Assembly: GCA_965215265.1 (NCBI GenBank)
Contig: OZ244048.1
Location: 800,001-864,000 of the forward strand
Length of the DNA: 64,000 nt
Reading direction: 5' to 3'
Origin: Candidatus Poribacteria bacterium
Lineage (GTDB): Bacteria; Poribacteria; WGA-4E; WGA-3G
Position numbers and translations under genes: made by a program. The notes below the pieces were generated by a model. It was not told the DNA's origin. It was given only the letters and a program-made list of their open reading frames with translations, and made no database searches. Below are positions 41,215 through 51,987 of the stretch, one piece after another; the stretch's first letter is position 1, and each line of letters starts with the position of its first letter.

Positions 41215-42198
41215 CTATCGTTCGTGTGGCACAACGAGCTCACCGGCGATAATCTTCTGCTTGAATGCCTCAACCGTTTCTAAAATGTCATCGGTGAGAA
41301 GCACACGGTTCGCATCATCAACGATGTATTCAACGCCGCCCTCTTTTAGTCCGTAATGTTTCAACCCGCCCGTGAAACTGCCCTCATGAACCTCCTTAAT
41401 CGTTTCATAAACCGAGATGGTTACACCCTTGATGACGCTAGTCAGTACTAATCCGGGGGCGAGATGATTGCCGTTTGAGTCCACCCAGATAATCGGTTTT
41501 TTCTCTGCTTTCGCGGCTTCAAGCACCCCTAGGCCGCTCGCCCCTGCAGCAGCGAGGATAATATCGACACCGCTCTCATACTGAGCAAGCGCTAATTCCT
41601 TCGCTCTCGCCGGATCGTCGAATGCTTGCGGTGTCACCCCCACATAATCCGCCCGGAATTGAATCTCCGGGTTCACCGCCTCTATTCCTGCCTGATACCC
41701 GATTTCAAAAGCCTCAACGAGCGGAATCTTCATCCCACCAATAAAGCCCACGTGCTTTGTCTCTGTTTTGAGCGCGGCAATAACACCGCTCAGAAACGTG
41801 CCCTCATGCACACGGTAGATTAGCGACGCAACGTTCGGCAGTGCAACCACCTCATCTATAATCGCGAATTTTACATCGGGAAACTCCTTCGCCACCCGGT
41901 TAATCGGATCTTGAAAGGTAAATCCGATACCGATAATCAGGTCATAGTTCAGCTTGGCGAGCCTACGGATGGCTAATTCCTTATCGCTACTCTGCCCCGG
42001 ATTAACCTCCGTGAGCTTTAGGTCCCATTCATCTGTCGCTCTTTTCGCCCCTGCATACGCAGCATCGCAGAACGATAGATCGCCGCGCCCACGCACATCG
42101 TAAATTAAGCCGATCTTCAACCTCGCGGATGCGGGTTCCACCATCATAAAACAGATTATCGCAACAGTCAGATAGATGCATGTGTATCGAAATCTCAT
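41215..42198 (-). CDS. BMP/Med-family ABC substrate-binding protein
   Basis: GRGDLSF, IGIGF, GFIGG, AAGASGLG, IWVDS; SD aaggag. Confidence 0.9.
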   Translation of the reverse strand: MRFRYTCIYLTVAIICFMMVEPASARLKIGLIYDVRGRGDLSFCDAAYAGAKRATDEWDLKLTEVNPGQSSDKELAIRRLAKLNYDLIIGIGFTFQDPINRVAKEFPDVKFAIIDEVVALPNVASLIYRVHEGTFLSGVIAALKTETKHVGFIGGMKIPLVEAFEIGYQAGIEAVNPEIQFRADYVGVTPQAFDDPARAKELALAQYESGVDIILAAAGASGLGVLEAAKAEKKPIIWVDSNGNHLAPGLVLTSVIKGVTISVYETIKEVHEGSFTGGLKHYGLKEGGVEYIVDDANRVLLTDDILETVEAFKQKIIAGELVVPHER

Positions 42199-42270
42199 TT
42201 CCAGTTTATACTCCTTACGATTTAGTCTTTCATCTTTTTGATAGACGCGTTTCACGTCAGGGGTCCAGAC

Positions 42271-43131
42271 TTATCTCGGCAAACTCTTGTCTACCGGTTC
42301 ATCGCTTACCGTTTTCGCGCAGCGGAAACCGACGAAATTGGCAGCACCTGTCGGATGCCCCTGGTCGCGAGCGGATACCCGCAGGCTCTTTGCCTTATTG
42401 AACCAAGAGCCGCCACGCACAACGCGTGCGGTTTTCACCGACGGAAAAATCGAAATGATTTCCGAAAAGCTGCTAGCGCCGGCGACAGGATTTTGACGAG
42501 GAGAGACAATATAAAACGTGCTGCTATAGGCATCAAGACACCATTCCCATACGTTGCCAGCCATGTCGTATAAGCCGTAGGCGTTGGCCGGGTAGCTGCC
42601 CACAGCTGCTGTTTTGTCAACGTTTTTGTTATAATTGGCGTGGCTGGCATCAATTGAATCGCCCCAGGGGTATTTTTTCTCGGCTACTCCGCCGCGGGCT
42701 GCCTTTTCCCATTCTGCCTCTGTCGGCAAACGCTTGCCCGCCCACTGCGCGTACGCCATTGCATCGTGCCAACTCACACCGACAACCGGGTGTTCGCCCG
42801 TCGGAGAATATTTAGAAACCCAATCGGGTAAGGCACGATGCTCCGTTTCCTGAATAAATCGCTGATACTGCCCAACCGTTACCTCGTGCGTATCTATATA
42901 AAACGCATCCACGTAAACGTTATGCACCGGCTGTTCGTCTTCATCCGCATTTTCATCGTCGCTTCCCATCTCGAATGCACCAGCCGGAATTAACACCATG
43001 CCCTCCGGCGGTGCCGATGCACCAACCTGGCGAAAAACCTTCACAGAATCATCGCTGCTTGCTAGCAATGCAAACAGCACAACGTTCGCTACTACCAAAA
43101 AAAGTAGAGGCTTTTTTAATAATTTTTTCAT
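42271..43131 (-). CDS. FGE-sulfatase (SUMF1/EgtB/PvdO) domain protein
   Basis: MVLIPAG.F.MG, HPVVGVSW, RLPTEAEWEKAARGG, GNVWEW, RGGSW, GFRC. Confidence 0.92.
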   Translation of the reverse strand: MKKLLKKPLLFLVVANVVLFALLASSDDSVKVFRQVGASAPPEGMVLIPAGAFEMGSDDENADEDEQPVHNVYVDAFYIDTHEVTVGQYQRFIQETEHRALPDWVSKYSPTGEHPVVGVSWHDAMAYAQWAGKRLPTEAEWEKAARGGVAEKKYPWGDSIDASHANYNKNVDKTAAVGSYPANAYGLYDMAGNVWEWCLDAYSSTFYIVSPRQNPVAGASSFSEIISIFPSVKTARVVRGGSWFNKAKSLRVSARDQGHPTGAANFVGFRCAKTVSDEPVDKSLPR

Positions 43132-43260
43132 TTTTTTATCGTGCCCTTCCGGCATACATCTCCTCGGCACCTGCCTCTTTGCGTTAAACGCCAGAATTAA
43201 GCAGATACCTTATTACAATGTTAGCACAAAACCACTTTAGATGTCAAATAATATTTAAGT

Positions 43261-43290
43261 TTGACTTTTTTCAGTTTTTGATGGTATACT
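43261..43290 (+). promoter_or_regulatory. Sigma70-type promoter
   Basis: TTGACT-18-TATACT upstream of 43382. Confidence 0.5.
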
Positions 43291-43381
43291 GTATCGCACA
43301 TCGTTAAATTAGCCTTATATCAGTCACCTCTGTTGAGATGATTTCATCAGAGAACAGACAGAAGCTCAGAAGGAGAAACGT

Positions 43382-44071
43382 ATGAAAAGAGTAGCTATCG
43401 GTTTACCTGCCTCGGTAACCCTCACACTCATCCTCTTATCGGGTATGGCCCTGTGCCTTCCCGCGTGGAGTGGTACACAGTTGTGGGATTTTGAAGAAAA
43501 GCACGATGATTGGGAGGTCGCCAACGGCAATTGGAGTATTAAAGGCCCAGGCATCTACCAAGTCGAAAAAGGAGGCAAAGCGGAACACTCCCTCGTTGGT
43601 GAAGAGAAGTGGGATGACTACACCGTTGAAGCGAAGGTCCGCATGGACGAGGGCAATTGGGCAGGTGTCGTTTTCCGCGCACAGAGCGAGATGGAGTATT
43701 ACATCTATTACCTCAACGTCCAGAACAATAAGTCTGAACTGTGGAAACACAGCAAAGGTGCCTGGGATACGCGTGCCGCTATCACTAACAATATCCCCGC
43801 CGCAGGAAAACTCAAGATAGAGAACAAAGAGTGGTTTGATGTCAAGGTTGTCGTTGAGGGCGACACCTTCCAACTCCACATCAACGGTGAACTTCAGTCC
43901 GAACAAGAGGACGGCAGCTATAAAAGAGGCAAAATCAGGGTATGGGCATGGGAAACCGGGGCCAGCTTCGATGATGTCACCATCACCGGAGACAACGTTA
44001 AGGATACGCTTCCCGTGGATGCGCGTCAGAAACTCGCAACCACCTGGGGCAGACTCAAACAGGTTAACTGA
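43382..44071 (+). CDS. Secreted DUF1080 (3-keto-disaccharide hydrolase-like) beta-sandwich protein
   Basis: WDDYTVEAKV, GVVFRAQ, W.DVKVVVEG, FDDV; ends VDARQKLATTWGRLK. Confidence 0.8.
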   Translation: MKRVAIGLPASVTLTLILLSGMALCLPAWSGTQLWDFEEKHDDWEVANGNWSIKGPGIYQVEKGGKAEHSLVGEEKWDDYTVEAKVRMDEGNWAGVVFRAQSEMEYYIYYLNVQNNKSELWKHSKGAWDTRAAITNNIPAAGKLKIENKEWFDVKVVVEGDTFQLHINGELQSEQEDGSYKRGKIRVWAWETGASFDDVTITGDNVKDTLPVDARQKLATTWGRLKQVN

Positions 44072-44264
44072 GCACCGGTATGAATCCCACTGAAAACGTG
44101 AAGGTGCATTTATGAAACGGCTCTTTTTTACCTGCATCGGTTTCTGTTTTTTTTCCTCTCATAACGTCTTCCGGTTTTGCAGGGGAGCAGATGCGGTTTT
44201 TCGGCGGCCGGTGTTGGTATTGAGGGATTTGTGAATTCGGACAGGGACGACATTGTGAAGTCAG

Positions 44265-46001
44265 GTGAGCTATTTTATGAGAAGTATCCGAATAGCCGGA
44301 CTGTTGGCTCTTATTGGGTGTTTTCTCTTTAAAACATACCCTATATTTTGCCAGAGCATCATTGAGGAACTTCAGGGATACCGCACACAATTGGCCGAAG
44401 ATCCAAGTCAAGTCGCGGTACGTCTGAAACTCGCAAAGGTTTACTTGCACATCGAAGCCTATGAGCAAGCTGTGACGGAATATCAGCAAATCCTCGCAAC
44501 CGCACCTATCGGGAGCCGGGGGCGAACCGAAGGTTACTACGGCTTAGGATTGGCATACACTGCACAGGAAAAGTTTGATGAGGCAATTAAATCCTATACA
44601 GATGCGATGGCTAGCGCGCCTGACTGGGCACATCTTTATGCCGCTTTAGGCAGTGTCTACGCAAACATGCACCGCTACGAAGAAGCACTCAGTGCCTACA
44701 AAACGGCTGTCACGCTGCAGCCAGACGATGCAAGAATTCATCATCATCTCGGCAATGTATATAGCAAACGCGGAAGATACGAGGAGGCGATGAGGCATCA
44801 GTTACGCGCAATTGCCATTGAGCCGAAATTGGCTGCAGCACACTATGAAACCGGGCGGCTCTACGCACAAGAAAAAAAGTGGGCTCGAGCCATTGTGGCA
44901 TACCAGAACGCATACGCATACGATGAAGAGCAGCTTGAAATTCTCTACAATCTCGCTCAAGCCTACCGGCGCAGCGGCGACAAGGCAGCATCTCAAGAAC
45001 AGATGGCACTTTTTGAGAAACGGAAGGCAGTGCTGCATCCTATTCATCAGTTACGTGGGGTTCTCCAGCGAACACAAAAGCAGGGCGAACGCGCCCAAGT
45101 TCTCGCCAATATCGGCAGACTTTACCTGAAAAGTGGCGCGTATGAGAAGGCACTCCGCGAATATCAGAAAGCAATCGGGCAAGATGCACAATTGGCAACT
45201 GCCCACAACGGTATCGGCATTGCCTATGCAATGCTCAAGAAATATCCAGAAGCGATTGCTGCACAGCATAAAACCTTAGCACTTCAACCCAATTTCGCTA
45301 AGGCACACGCAGCACTCGGGTTAATCTACTTGATGCAAGAGAAAGCGGACCTGGCACTGCATCATTATCGGCAAGCAGTTGTATTAGAGCCTACGCTCTT
45401 AGAGGCACATCTAAAAATCGGGCTCATTTTGTTGCGCGAAAAGCGATACGCAGCGGCAGCAGAAGCATATCAAGCGATTCTCGCACACAATCCGCGCAAT
45501 GCAGATGCGTATCACAATTTAGGGTTGTGCTATGCACGTCAAGGAAAAACCGAGCCTGCGATCGTCGCGCTTGAAAAAGCAGTTAATCTAGTGCATCACT
45601 TGCAAGAGGAAAGCGGGGCGGCAGTCCAACCAACGTTCCTTAGCGAAACGTACTATCTGCTTGGCGAACTCCACGGTGCACAACGCAACTTTAAACTCGC
45701 AGAGTCAGCATACCTAAATTCAAAATTGCCAAAAGCGTATCATGCACTCGCACAACTGAGCGCGAAACTGGCCAATCAACACAGCGTACCGGAACCTGAA
45801 CGCTTAGAAACTGCTTTCCAGTACGCACAAACAGCAATTCAGTTAAATCGGCATGTCGCGAGTTATTACAATACTCTCGCTCTAATTGCATACCAAAGAG
45901 CCGACTATATTGAAGCAGAGAAGGCGATCCGAAAAGCCGTTGAACTTGAACCGAAAAATCCGAACTATCAAGCAGGACTCAAACACATTTTAAACCGATA
46001 A
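44265..46001 (+). CDS. Tetratricopeptide repeat protein
   Basis: More than 12 TPRs (LG.AY....F.EAI); N-terminal hydrophobic leader. Confidence 0.92.
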   Translation: MSYFMRSIRIAGLLALIGCFLFKTYPIFCQSIIEELQGYRTQLAEDPSQVAVRLKLAKVYLHIEAYEQAVTEYQQILATAPIGSRGRTEGYYGLGLAYTAQEKFDEAIKSYTDAMASAPDWAHLYAALGSVYANMHRYEEALSAYKTAVTLQPDDARIHHHLGNVYSKRGRYEEAMRHQLRAIAIEPKLAAAHYETGRLYAQEKKWARAIVAYQNAYAYDEEQLEILYNLAQAYRRSGDKAASQEQMALFEKRKAVLHPIHQLRGVLQRTQKQGERAQVLANIGRLYLKSGAYEKALREYQKAIGQDAQLATAHNGIGIAYAMLKKYPEAIAAQHKTLALQPNFAKAHAALGLIYLMQEKADLALHHYRQAVVLEPTLLEAHLKIGLILLREKRYAAAAEAYQAILAHNPRNADAYHNLGLCYARQGKTEPAIVALEKAVNLVHHLQEESGAAVQPTFLSETYYLLGELHGAQRNFKLAESAYLNSKLPKAYHALAQLSAKLANQHSVPEPERLETAFQYAQTAIQLNRHVASYYNTLALIAYQRADYIEAEKAIRKAVELEPKNPNYQAGLKHILNR

Positions 46002-46014
46002 GGACACCCTGAGC

Positions 46015-47460
46015 ATGGCATATTCCAGCCTCAGAGAATTCGTGAAAGCCTTAGACCGGGCAGGCGAACTCAAACGCATCAAAATGAGCGTCTCACCAGA
46101 ACTCGAAATTACGGAAATCACCGACCGCGTCAGTAAAGCCGAAGGCCCCGCACTGCTCTTTGAAAACGTCGAAGGCAGTCAGATGCCTCTCTTAATCAAT
46201 ACCTACGGCTCTTATCAACGGATGGGAATGGCGCTCGGTGTTGACGAACTCGCCCAGATTGCTGCCGAGATCGAAGGCATGATTAAACTCGGTACACCTG
46301 AATCCCTCCTCGACAAGGTTAAAATTCTCCGGATGCTATCCCAATTTACCAACTTCCCCCCTAAAACCGTCAAACGCGGTGCATCGCAAGAGATCATACT
46401 CACCGGTGAGGATGCATCCTTGGATATATTACCGCTCATCAAGTGCTGGCCCCTCGATGCCGATAAATATATCACCTTACCACAAGTCTTTACGAAGAGT
46501 CTGCGGACAGGCCAACGAAATGTTGGAACCTACCGGTTACAGAAACTGAACCCGTACGCGTTAGCGATGCATTGGCAAATTCACCACGACGGTGCCGCAC
46601 ATCATCGCGAATACCGGCAAGCCGGTGAGCAGATGCCCGTGGCGGTTGCAATCGGTGGGGACCCGGTCATGTCCTATATCGGCACTGCACCCCTACCCTC
46701 TGGGATTGACGAACTGCTGTTCGCAGGATTCCTCCGAAAAGCGAATGTGGAGATGGTACCCGCTAAAACCATCAACATGCTCGTCCCTGCAGATGCCGAC
46801 ATTGTCATCGAAGGATACATTGAGCCAGGCGAAACCTGCATTGAAGGACCCTTCGGAGATCACACAGGGTTTTATTCGTTAGCAGATGAATACCCAGTCT
46901 TTAACATTACAGCCATTACCCATCGCAAAAAACCGATTTACCAGACTATCATTGTCGGCAAACCGCCCATGGAAGATTGCTACATGGGTAAGGCCACCGA
47001 ACGTATCTTTATGCCCCTCATTAAGACGCAGCTGCCCGAATTGGTGGATATGAACCTCCCGTTATTCGGGGTGTTCCACAATTTCGCACTCATCTCTATC
47101 GACAAACGCTATCCGTTCCATGCAAAAAAGATTATGCATAGCTTGTGGGGACTCGGACAACTGATGTTCAGCAAAATTATCATCGTTGTTGACAAATATG
47201 TCAACGTTCAAAACGTGGAAGAGGTGCTTTTTTACGTTGGGAGCAACGTCGACCCGAAAAGGGATGTCACGATTGTTGAGGGCCCGGTCGATGTACTGGA
47301 CCATGCCGCCCCCCTCATGGGGGCAGGCTCCAAAATGGGAATTGATGCCACAACCAAATGGGCAGAAGAAGGATACCGACGCGAATGGCCACAGGAGATA
47401 CAGATGTCTGAGGATGTTATTGCCTTGGTTAACGAACGGTGGAAAAAGTATGGATTCTAA
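46015..47460 (+). CDS. ubiD: UbiD-family (menaquinone-pathway type) prFMN decarboxylase
   Basis: GPALLFE, WPLD, NVGTYR, EGPFGDHTGFYS, GKPPMED, KMGIDAT. Confidence 0.92.
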   Translation: MAYSSLREFVKALDRAGELKRIKMSVSPELEITEITDRVSKAEGPALLFENVEGSQMPLLINTYGSYQRMGMALGVDELAQIAAEIEGMIKLGTPESLLDKVKILRMLSQFTNFPPKTVKRGASQEIILTGEDASLDILPLIKCWPLDADKYITLPQVFTKSLRTGQRNVGTYRLQKLNPYALAMHWQIHHDGAAHHREYRQAGEQMPVAVAIGGDPVMSYIGTAPLPSGIDELLFAGFLRKANVEMVPAKTINMLVPADADIVIEGYIEPGETCIEGPFGDHTGFYSLADEYPVFNITAITHRKKPIYQTIIVGKPPMEDCYMGKATERIFMPLIKTQLPELVDMNLPLFGVFHNFALISIDKRYPFHAKKIMHSLWGLGQLMFSKIIIVVDKYVNVQNVEEVLFYVGSNVDPKRDVTIVEGPVDVLDHAAPLMGAGSKMGIDATTKWAEEGYRREWPQEIQMSEDVIALVNERWKKYGF

Positions 47461-48526
47461 AACGATTTACGATGTCGCAGTCATTGGCGCTGGCCCAGCA
47501 GGCGTGCAAGCAGCCGTTTCCGCAAGCCATCAAATGCGTCATGTACTCGTACTACATTCCGGGAAGGTGAGTTTTAGTCGCGGACGCGCCTACTGGTCAA
47601 AATCTGTCGAAATTGAGGATGCCCCCGTCTTCCCCGGCATCATCGGACCCAACTTTGCCAAAGAACTCATGAAGTGGATGGAGAGCCGCCCGGTTGTCGA
47701 CTTCAAACTCGGCACAGAACAACGAAAGGCAGGGATTGAGATTCGTGACGGACTGGTTACCAAACTCACCCGAATAGGTGATATTTTTCAATTGGAAGCA
47801 TCCACGAAGATGCTCAAACGAAATACTGAATTGCAGATGGAGCAATTCCGCTCCCGTACCGTCGTTGTCGCCTCCGGATTTGATGACAAATGGCCAGATA
47901 TTGAATTTGATGTCGATGCAGAGAGACTGTATAAACAATACGCAGCCGTTTTTCGTTATGCAGGCAACCGTAAAGGATGGCACGTCTGTATCCGGTGTGA
48001 TGGCCATCTGCACGTCAATCAACACCTCGCTCTCCTCGGTGTAGGAGACTATATCTATGATGCCGCCGTCGGTGCACAAGATTTTACCGATAAAATTACC
48101 ATTCTCACCAACGGCCGCCCACACGGCATGTCAAACCCTGTACTCAAGCAGATTGCAGAACGCAATATTCAGATCGTCGAGACCAAGATTAAACGGCACA
48201 TCGGGCAGAAAACAGAACTGCTCGGCTTTGAAATGGAAGACGGTTCTGAAATGTACTTTCACGGTTTCCTCGTTGACGAGGGGCTCATCCCCAATACAAA
48301 ATTCCTTGAAAGCTGGGATTACCAGAGAGACGAAGAGGGATTAATCGTCGCCAACGGAGATATGCAAATGTTGGACAACTCTGACGAACCGATTCCCGGA
48401 CTCTTTGCCGCGGGCGACATCGTCTCCGGCGAACGAAACCTCATCGCTACTGCTTTTGCCCTCGGTCAAGAAGCAGGACTATCTGCCTCTGACTCATTGC
48501 GGAAATGGCATGCACCAAAAACCTAA
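47450..48526 (+). CDS. Thioredoxin-reductase-like FAD-dependent oxidoreductase
   Basis: VIGAGPAG, VASG, CIRCDG, PGLFAAGD. Confidence 0.85.
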   Translation: MDSKTIYDVAVIGAGPAGVQAAVSASHQMRHVLVLHSGKVSFSRGRAYWSKSVEIEDAPVFPGIIGPNFAKELMKWMESRPVVDFKLGTEQRKAGIEIRDGLVTKLTRIGDIFQLEASTKMLKRNTELQMEQFRSRTVVVASGFDDKWPDIEFDVDAERLYKQYAAVFRYAGNRKGWHVCIRCDGHLHVNQHLALLGVGDYIYDAAVGAQDFTDKITILTNGRPHGMSNPVLKQIAERNIQIVETKIKRHIGQKTELLGFEMEDGSEMYFHGFLVDEGLIPNTKFLESWDYQRDEEGLIVANGDMQMLDNSDEPIPGLFAAGDIVSGERNLIATAFALGQEAGLSASDSLRKWHAPKT

Positions 48527-48582
48527 TTGCACTTTTGTCTGTGATACGCCATTTTTCAATCCGGTGAAGGAGAACCTAGATA

Positions 48583-51444
48583 ATGTCACAAGAAAAGCAA
48601 AGGACACTCTACATTCTTGATACGCTCGCAGAAATATTTCGCGCATTTTATGCCATCCGGACGCAACTCATCAGCTCTGTCACCGGTGAACCCACAAATG
48701 CTATCTTCGGGGTTACCAGCACCTTAATCAGACTCCTCTCTGAGTTGCAGGCGACACACCTTGTCGCCGCAATTGATACACCCGGAAAAACCTTCCGTCA
48801 TGAAATGTACGCCGAATATAAAGCAAATCGTACAGCACCACCCGCAGAACTCGTCAGCCAAATTCACCGCATCCAACAGATACTTGAGGCCTTCGGAATC
48901 CTGACGCTCGGTAAAACCGAATTAGAGGCAGATGATATTATCGCATCTGTCACACAGACAGTCCTAGACTCACCCGAAACACAAGATGTTCACGTTACTA
49001 TCGTCTCTAAAGACAAAGACCTTGAGCAACTGCTCTGCGAACGGGTGACAATGCTTGATATTCATAACGAAAACACCATTGATGTCGAAGCACTCTGGGA
49101 AAACAAAGGGATTAAACCGGAACAAGTCATAGATGTGCTCGTTTTAATGGGGGATACCTCTGATAATGTACCGGGCGTTCAAGGAATAGGTCTGAAAACC
49201 GCCGCAAAATTGATGCAACAGTTCGGCTCCATTGACGGTATCTTTGCACACATCGATCAGATTAAGGGGAAACGACGTGAAAATTTAGAGAATGCCCGAG
49301 CACAGATGCCATTATCCAAAAAACTGGTAACGCTCAAACGTGACACCGCTTTAAACTTCTCATTAGAGCAAGCACGCGTCAAACCGCTCAACCTCCAGAA
49401 AATCTTACCACTCTTTCAGCAACTTGAACTCAAACGTTTCGACCAGGTTCTCGCTAAACTCGCACAAGGGAATGCTGCATCGTTTATCCCCGAGAACGCT
49501 CAGTCTTCTACTCGCAAGGGACGCGCCGCCGCACTAGAGCAGAAAACCGACTCTATCCTAGAAAAAGGCGGCTATGACACCGCCGAAACATCGGACTACC
49601 GAGCTGTTGTAACCCTACAGCAATTGGAACAACTCGTCAAAACGCTTGCCGCACAAGAAATCATCAGTCTGGATACGGAGACGGATGGCTTGCATCGCGA
49701 GGCTCAACTTTGCGGGCTCAGTTTTTCGTGGAAACCGAATCAGGGCGTTTATGTTCCCGTCCGCTCACCGCAGCCGGCAACCCATCTCAATACCGAAACA
49801 GTGCTAAGGCACCTCAAACCTATACTCGAAAATCCAGCACTCCCTAAGTGTGGGCATAATCTCAAGTTTGACGCAGGCATCCTCATACGCAACGGCGTTA
49901 AACTCCAAGGTGTCGCCTTTGATACGCTCTTAGCGAGCCTGCTCATCGATGCCCGCAATCCATCACACAATTTAGACATGCTCGCATTGCACCAGTTAAA
50001 CTACAAAACAATCTCTTTTGAGGAATTAACTACCGATGCAGCAGGCACGTCCGAACCGGACCTGTTTAATACTGCAAAAGAGAGAACTTCTATTGATGAA
50101 GTCCCTCTGGAAAAAGCCACCGTTTATGCTGCAGAGGATGCAGATGTCGCGCTGCGGCTCTATCATTTCTTCGCGCCTCAGTTAGAAGAGATGGAAATAA
50201 CAAAGTTAGTGCGTGAGATAGAATCGCCTCTCGCCCCTGTGCTCGCAGAGATGGAGTATAACGGCATCGTCTGCGACACGGAGGAATTAAAACGCCAGAA
50301 CCGTGTTATTCAACAACTCGTTGAGGAACGGCAAAGAAAGATATATAATATAGTAGGAGAGCCGTTTAACATTGATTCTCCGGTGCAGCTCGCGGATGTC
50401 CTTTTTACCAAACTTAATTTCAAACCTGTCAAGCGGACAAAGAGCGGGAAAGTCTCAACTGATGTGACAGTCTTAGACACGCTCTCCCTCAAAGAAGATA
50501 TCAATGCACCTAAAACAAGTGTACCGAGACTCATCATCGAATATCGTCAATTTCGCAAACTGCAGAGCACCTACGTGCAGCAGCTGCAACACGCCGTCGA
50601 CAAAAAGACAGGGCGCATTCACACCCACCTCTATCAACTCATGACAGCCACTGGACGCCTGAAATCTGACCGGCCCAATCTACAGAACATTCCCGTACGA
50701 ACCGACATTGGACGGCAGCTACGCCTTGCATTCAAGGCACCGGCAGGATATAAACTCATCTGTGCTGACTACTCACAAATTGAGCTCCGTATTCTCGCAC
50801 ACTTTAGTGAAGATGAAAGCCTGCTTGAAACGTTCGCGCAAGATTTAGACATTCACACTGCCGTCGCATCGCAGGTGTTTGACGTACCAATCCACGCTGT
50901 CACGCGGGAACTCCGCGATAAAGCGAAAAGCATCAATTTCGGCATTATCTATGGGGTGTCTCCGACCGGGCTCTCACGCCGGATTAAGGGGATGAACGTC
51001 GCAGAAGCCACGCAACTTATTGATGATTATAAGACGCGTTTTCCGGGAATCAACCGGTTCCTCCACCAATGTATCCAAGCAGCATTAGACAACGGCTATG
51101 TCACAACTCTGACAGGTAGACGACGTGCTATCCCTGAAATCTATGCAGCTGCACGAAATCAACGGAGCCAAGGCGAACGCCTCGCAATCAATACCGTCGT
51201 ACAAGGGACTGCCGCCGACTTGATGAAAGCCGCCATGGTGCGTGTACAACAAAGAATAGACCGGGATCAGCTGCCCTTGAAGATGCTTCTCCAAATCCAC
51301 GACGAATTGGTGCTTGAAACACCAGAGGCGTTAGCTGAGGAGCACGCCGATATCGTCTGTGAGGAGATGGAGAACGTCCTACCATTGCGGGTACCCCTCC
51401 GGACCGAAGCCGGCATCGGCGATAATTGGATGGAAGCGAAATAA
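48583..51444 (+). CDS. polA: DNA polymerase I
   Basis: 5'-3' exonuclease (EADD, GD.SDN.PG), 3'-5' exonuclease (DTET, HNLKFD, YAAEDA), polymerase (ADYSQIELR, K.INFG..YG, QIHDE). Confidence 0.98.
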   Translation: MSQEKQRTLYILDTLAEIFRAFYAIRTQLISSVTGEPTNAIFGVTSTLIRLLSELQATHLVAAIDTPGKTFRHEMYAEYKANRTAPPAELVSQIHRIQQILEAFGILTLGKTELEADDIIASVTQTVLDSPETQDVHVTIVSKDKDLEQLLCERVTMLDIHNENTIDVEALWENKGIKPEQVIDVLVLMGDTSDNVPGVQGIGLKTAAKLMQQFGSIDGIFAHIDQIKGKRRENLENARAQMPLSKKLVTLKRDTALNFSLEQARVKPLNLQKILPLFQQLELKRFDQVLAKLAQGNAASFIPENAQSSTRKGRAAALEQKTDSILEKGGYDTAETSDYRAVVTLQQLEQLVKTLAAQEIISLDTETDGLHREAQLCGLSFSWKPNQGVYVPVRSPQPATHLNTETVLRHLKPILENPALPKCGHNLKFDAGILIRNGVKLQGVAFDTLLASLLIDARNPSHNLDMLALHQLNYKTISFEELTTDAAGTSEPDLFNTAKERTSIDEVPLEKATVYAAEDADVALRLYHFFAPQLEEMEITKLVREIESPLAPVLAEMEYNGIVCDTEELKRQNRVIQQLVEERQRKIYNIVGEPFNIDSPVQLADVLFTKLNFKPVKRTKSGKVSTDVTVLDTLSLKEDINAPKTSVPRLIIEYRQFRKLQSTYVQQLQHAVDKKTGRIHTHLYQLMTATGRLKSDRPNLQNIPVRTDIGRQLRLAFKAPAGYKLICADYSQIELRILAHFSEDESLLETFAQDLDIHTAVASQVFDVPIHAVTRELRDKAKSINFGIIYGVSPTGLSRRIKGMNVAEATQLIDDYKTRFPGINRFLHQCIQAALDNGYVTTLTGRRRAIPEIYAAARNQRSQGERLAINTVVQGTAADLMKAAMVRVQQRIDRDQLPLKMLLQIHDELVLETPEALAEEHADIVCEEMENVLPLRVPLRTEAGIGDNWMEAK

Positions 51445-51615
51445 TCGTCCACGTTTGAAGATGCCAGTGCACAAAAAACAGTGGAAGCAACTGATAACCA
51501 CACTTGTTGTCTATACACAAGAGATATTCAAGAAATTTAATACGGTATTATACACCGTAATATTGAAACACCGAGGTGTAAAAAATGAGCGTTAAACAAT
51601 AATTTGAATTTAAAG

Positions 51616-51644
51616 TTGACAAATAGTAAAAATTATAGTATCAT
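51616..51644 (+). promoter_or_regulatory. Sigma70-type promoter for the RRM gene (implies about 340-nt leader)
   Basis: TTGACA-17-TATCAT. Confidence 0.6.
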
Positions 51645-51987
51645 GTTAAGTGTAAGGGAAATGTGGTAATATCTGCTAGAAACGTTACGAGTAGTGTTTT
51701 GACAGTTTTACAAGTTGGAAGCGCGAACCTGCTTCTTTTCAAGTAGTGTGACGCGTTCTTCGACGAGAGATTGATGAAATCTGCGTATGGATAGGAACCC
51801 GCCTGTTTTTATAGAACAGACAAATTCAAAGGCAAATCCATCCATACAAAAAATGCCAATCTACGCTTGCTGCCAAATGCCTGCCCATAGAAAGTGGTTC
51901 TCGCCTGCATGCTGCAGGCCCGCAGAATACTGACAGTGCTCAGTTTCTCATTTTCCCATTATTTTCAATTCCAAAAGGAGAAACGAG

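Noticed and set aside
42271-43131. True formylglycine-generating enzyme activating the 7256 sulfatase
   Set aside because: It lacks the catalytic Cys pair after RGGS (reads RGGSWFNKAKSLR), so it is only an FGE-fold protein.
43436-44137. Long antisense ORF (233 aa) and similar shadow ORFs (36805-37491, 37789-38499, 47597-48124)
   Set aside because: They lie opposite well-supported genes and are explained by codon bias or repeats.
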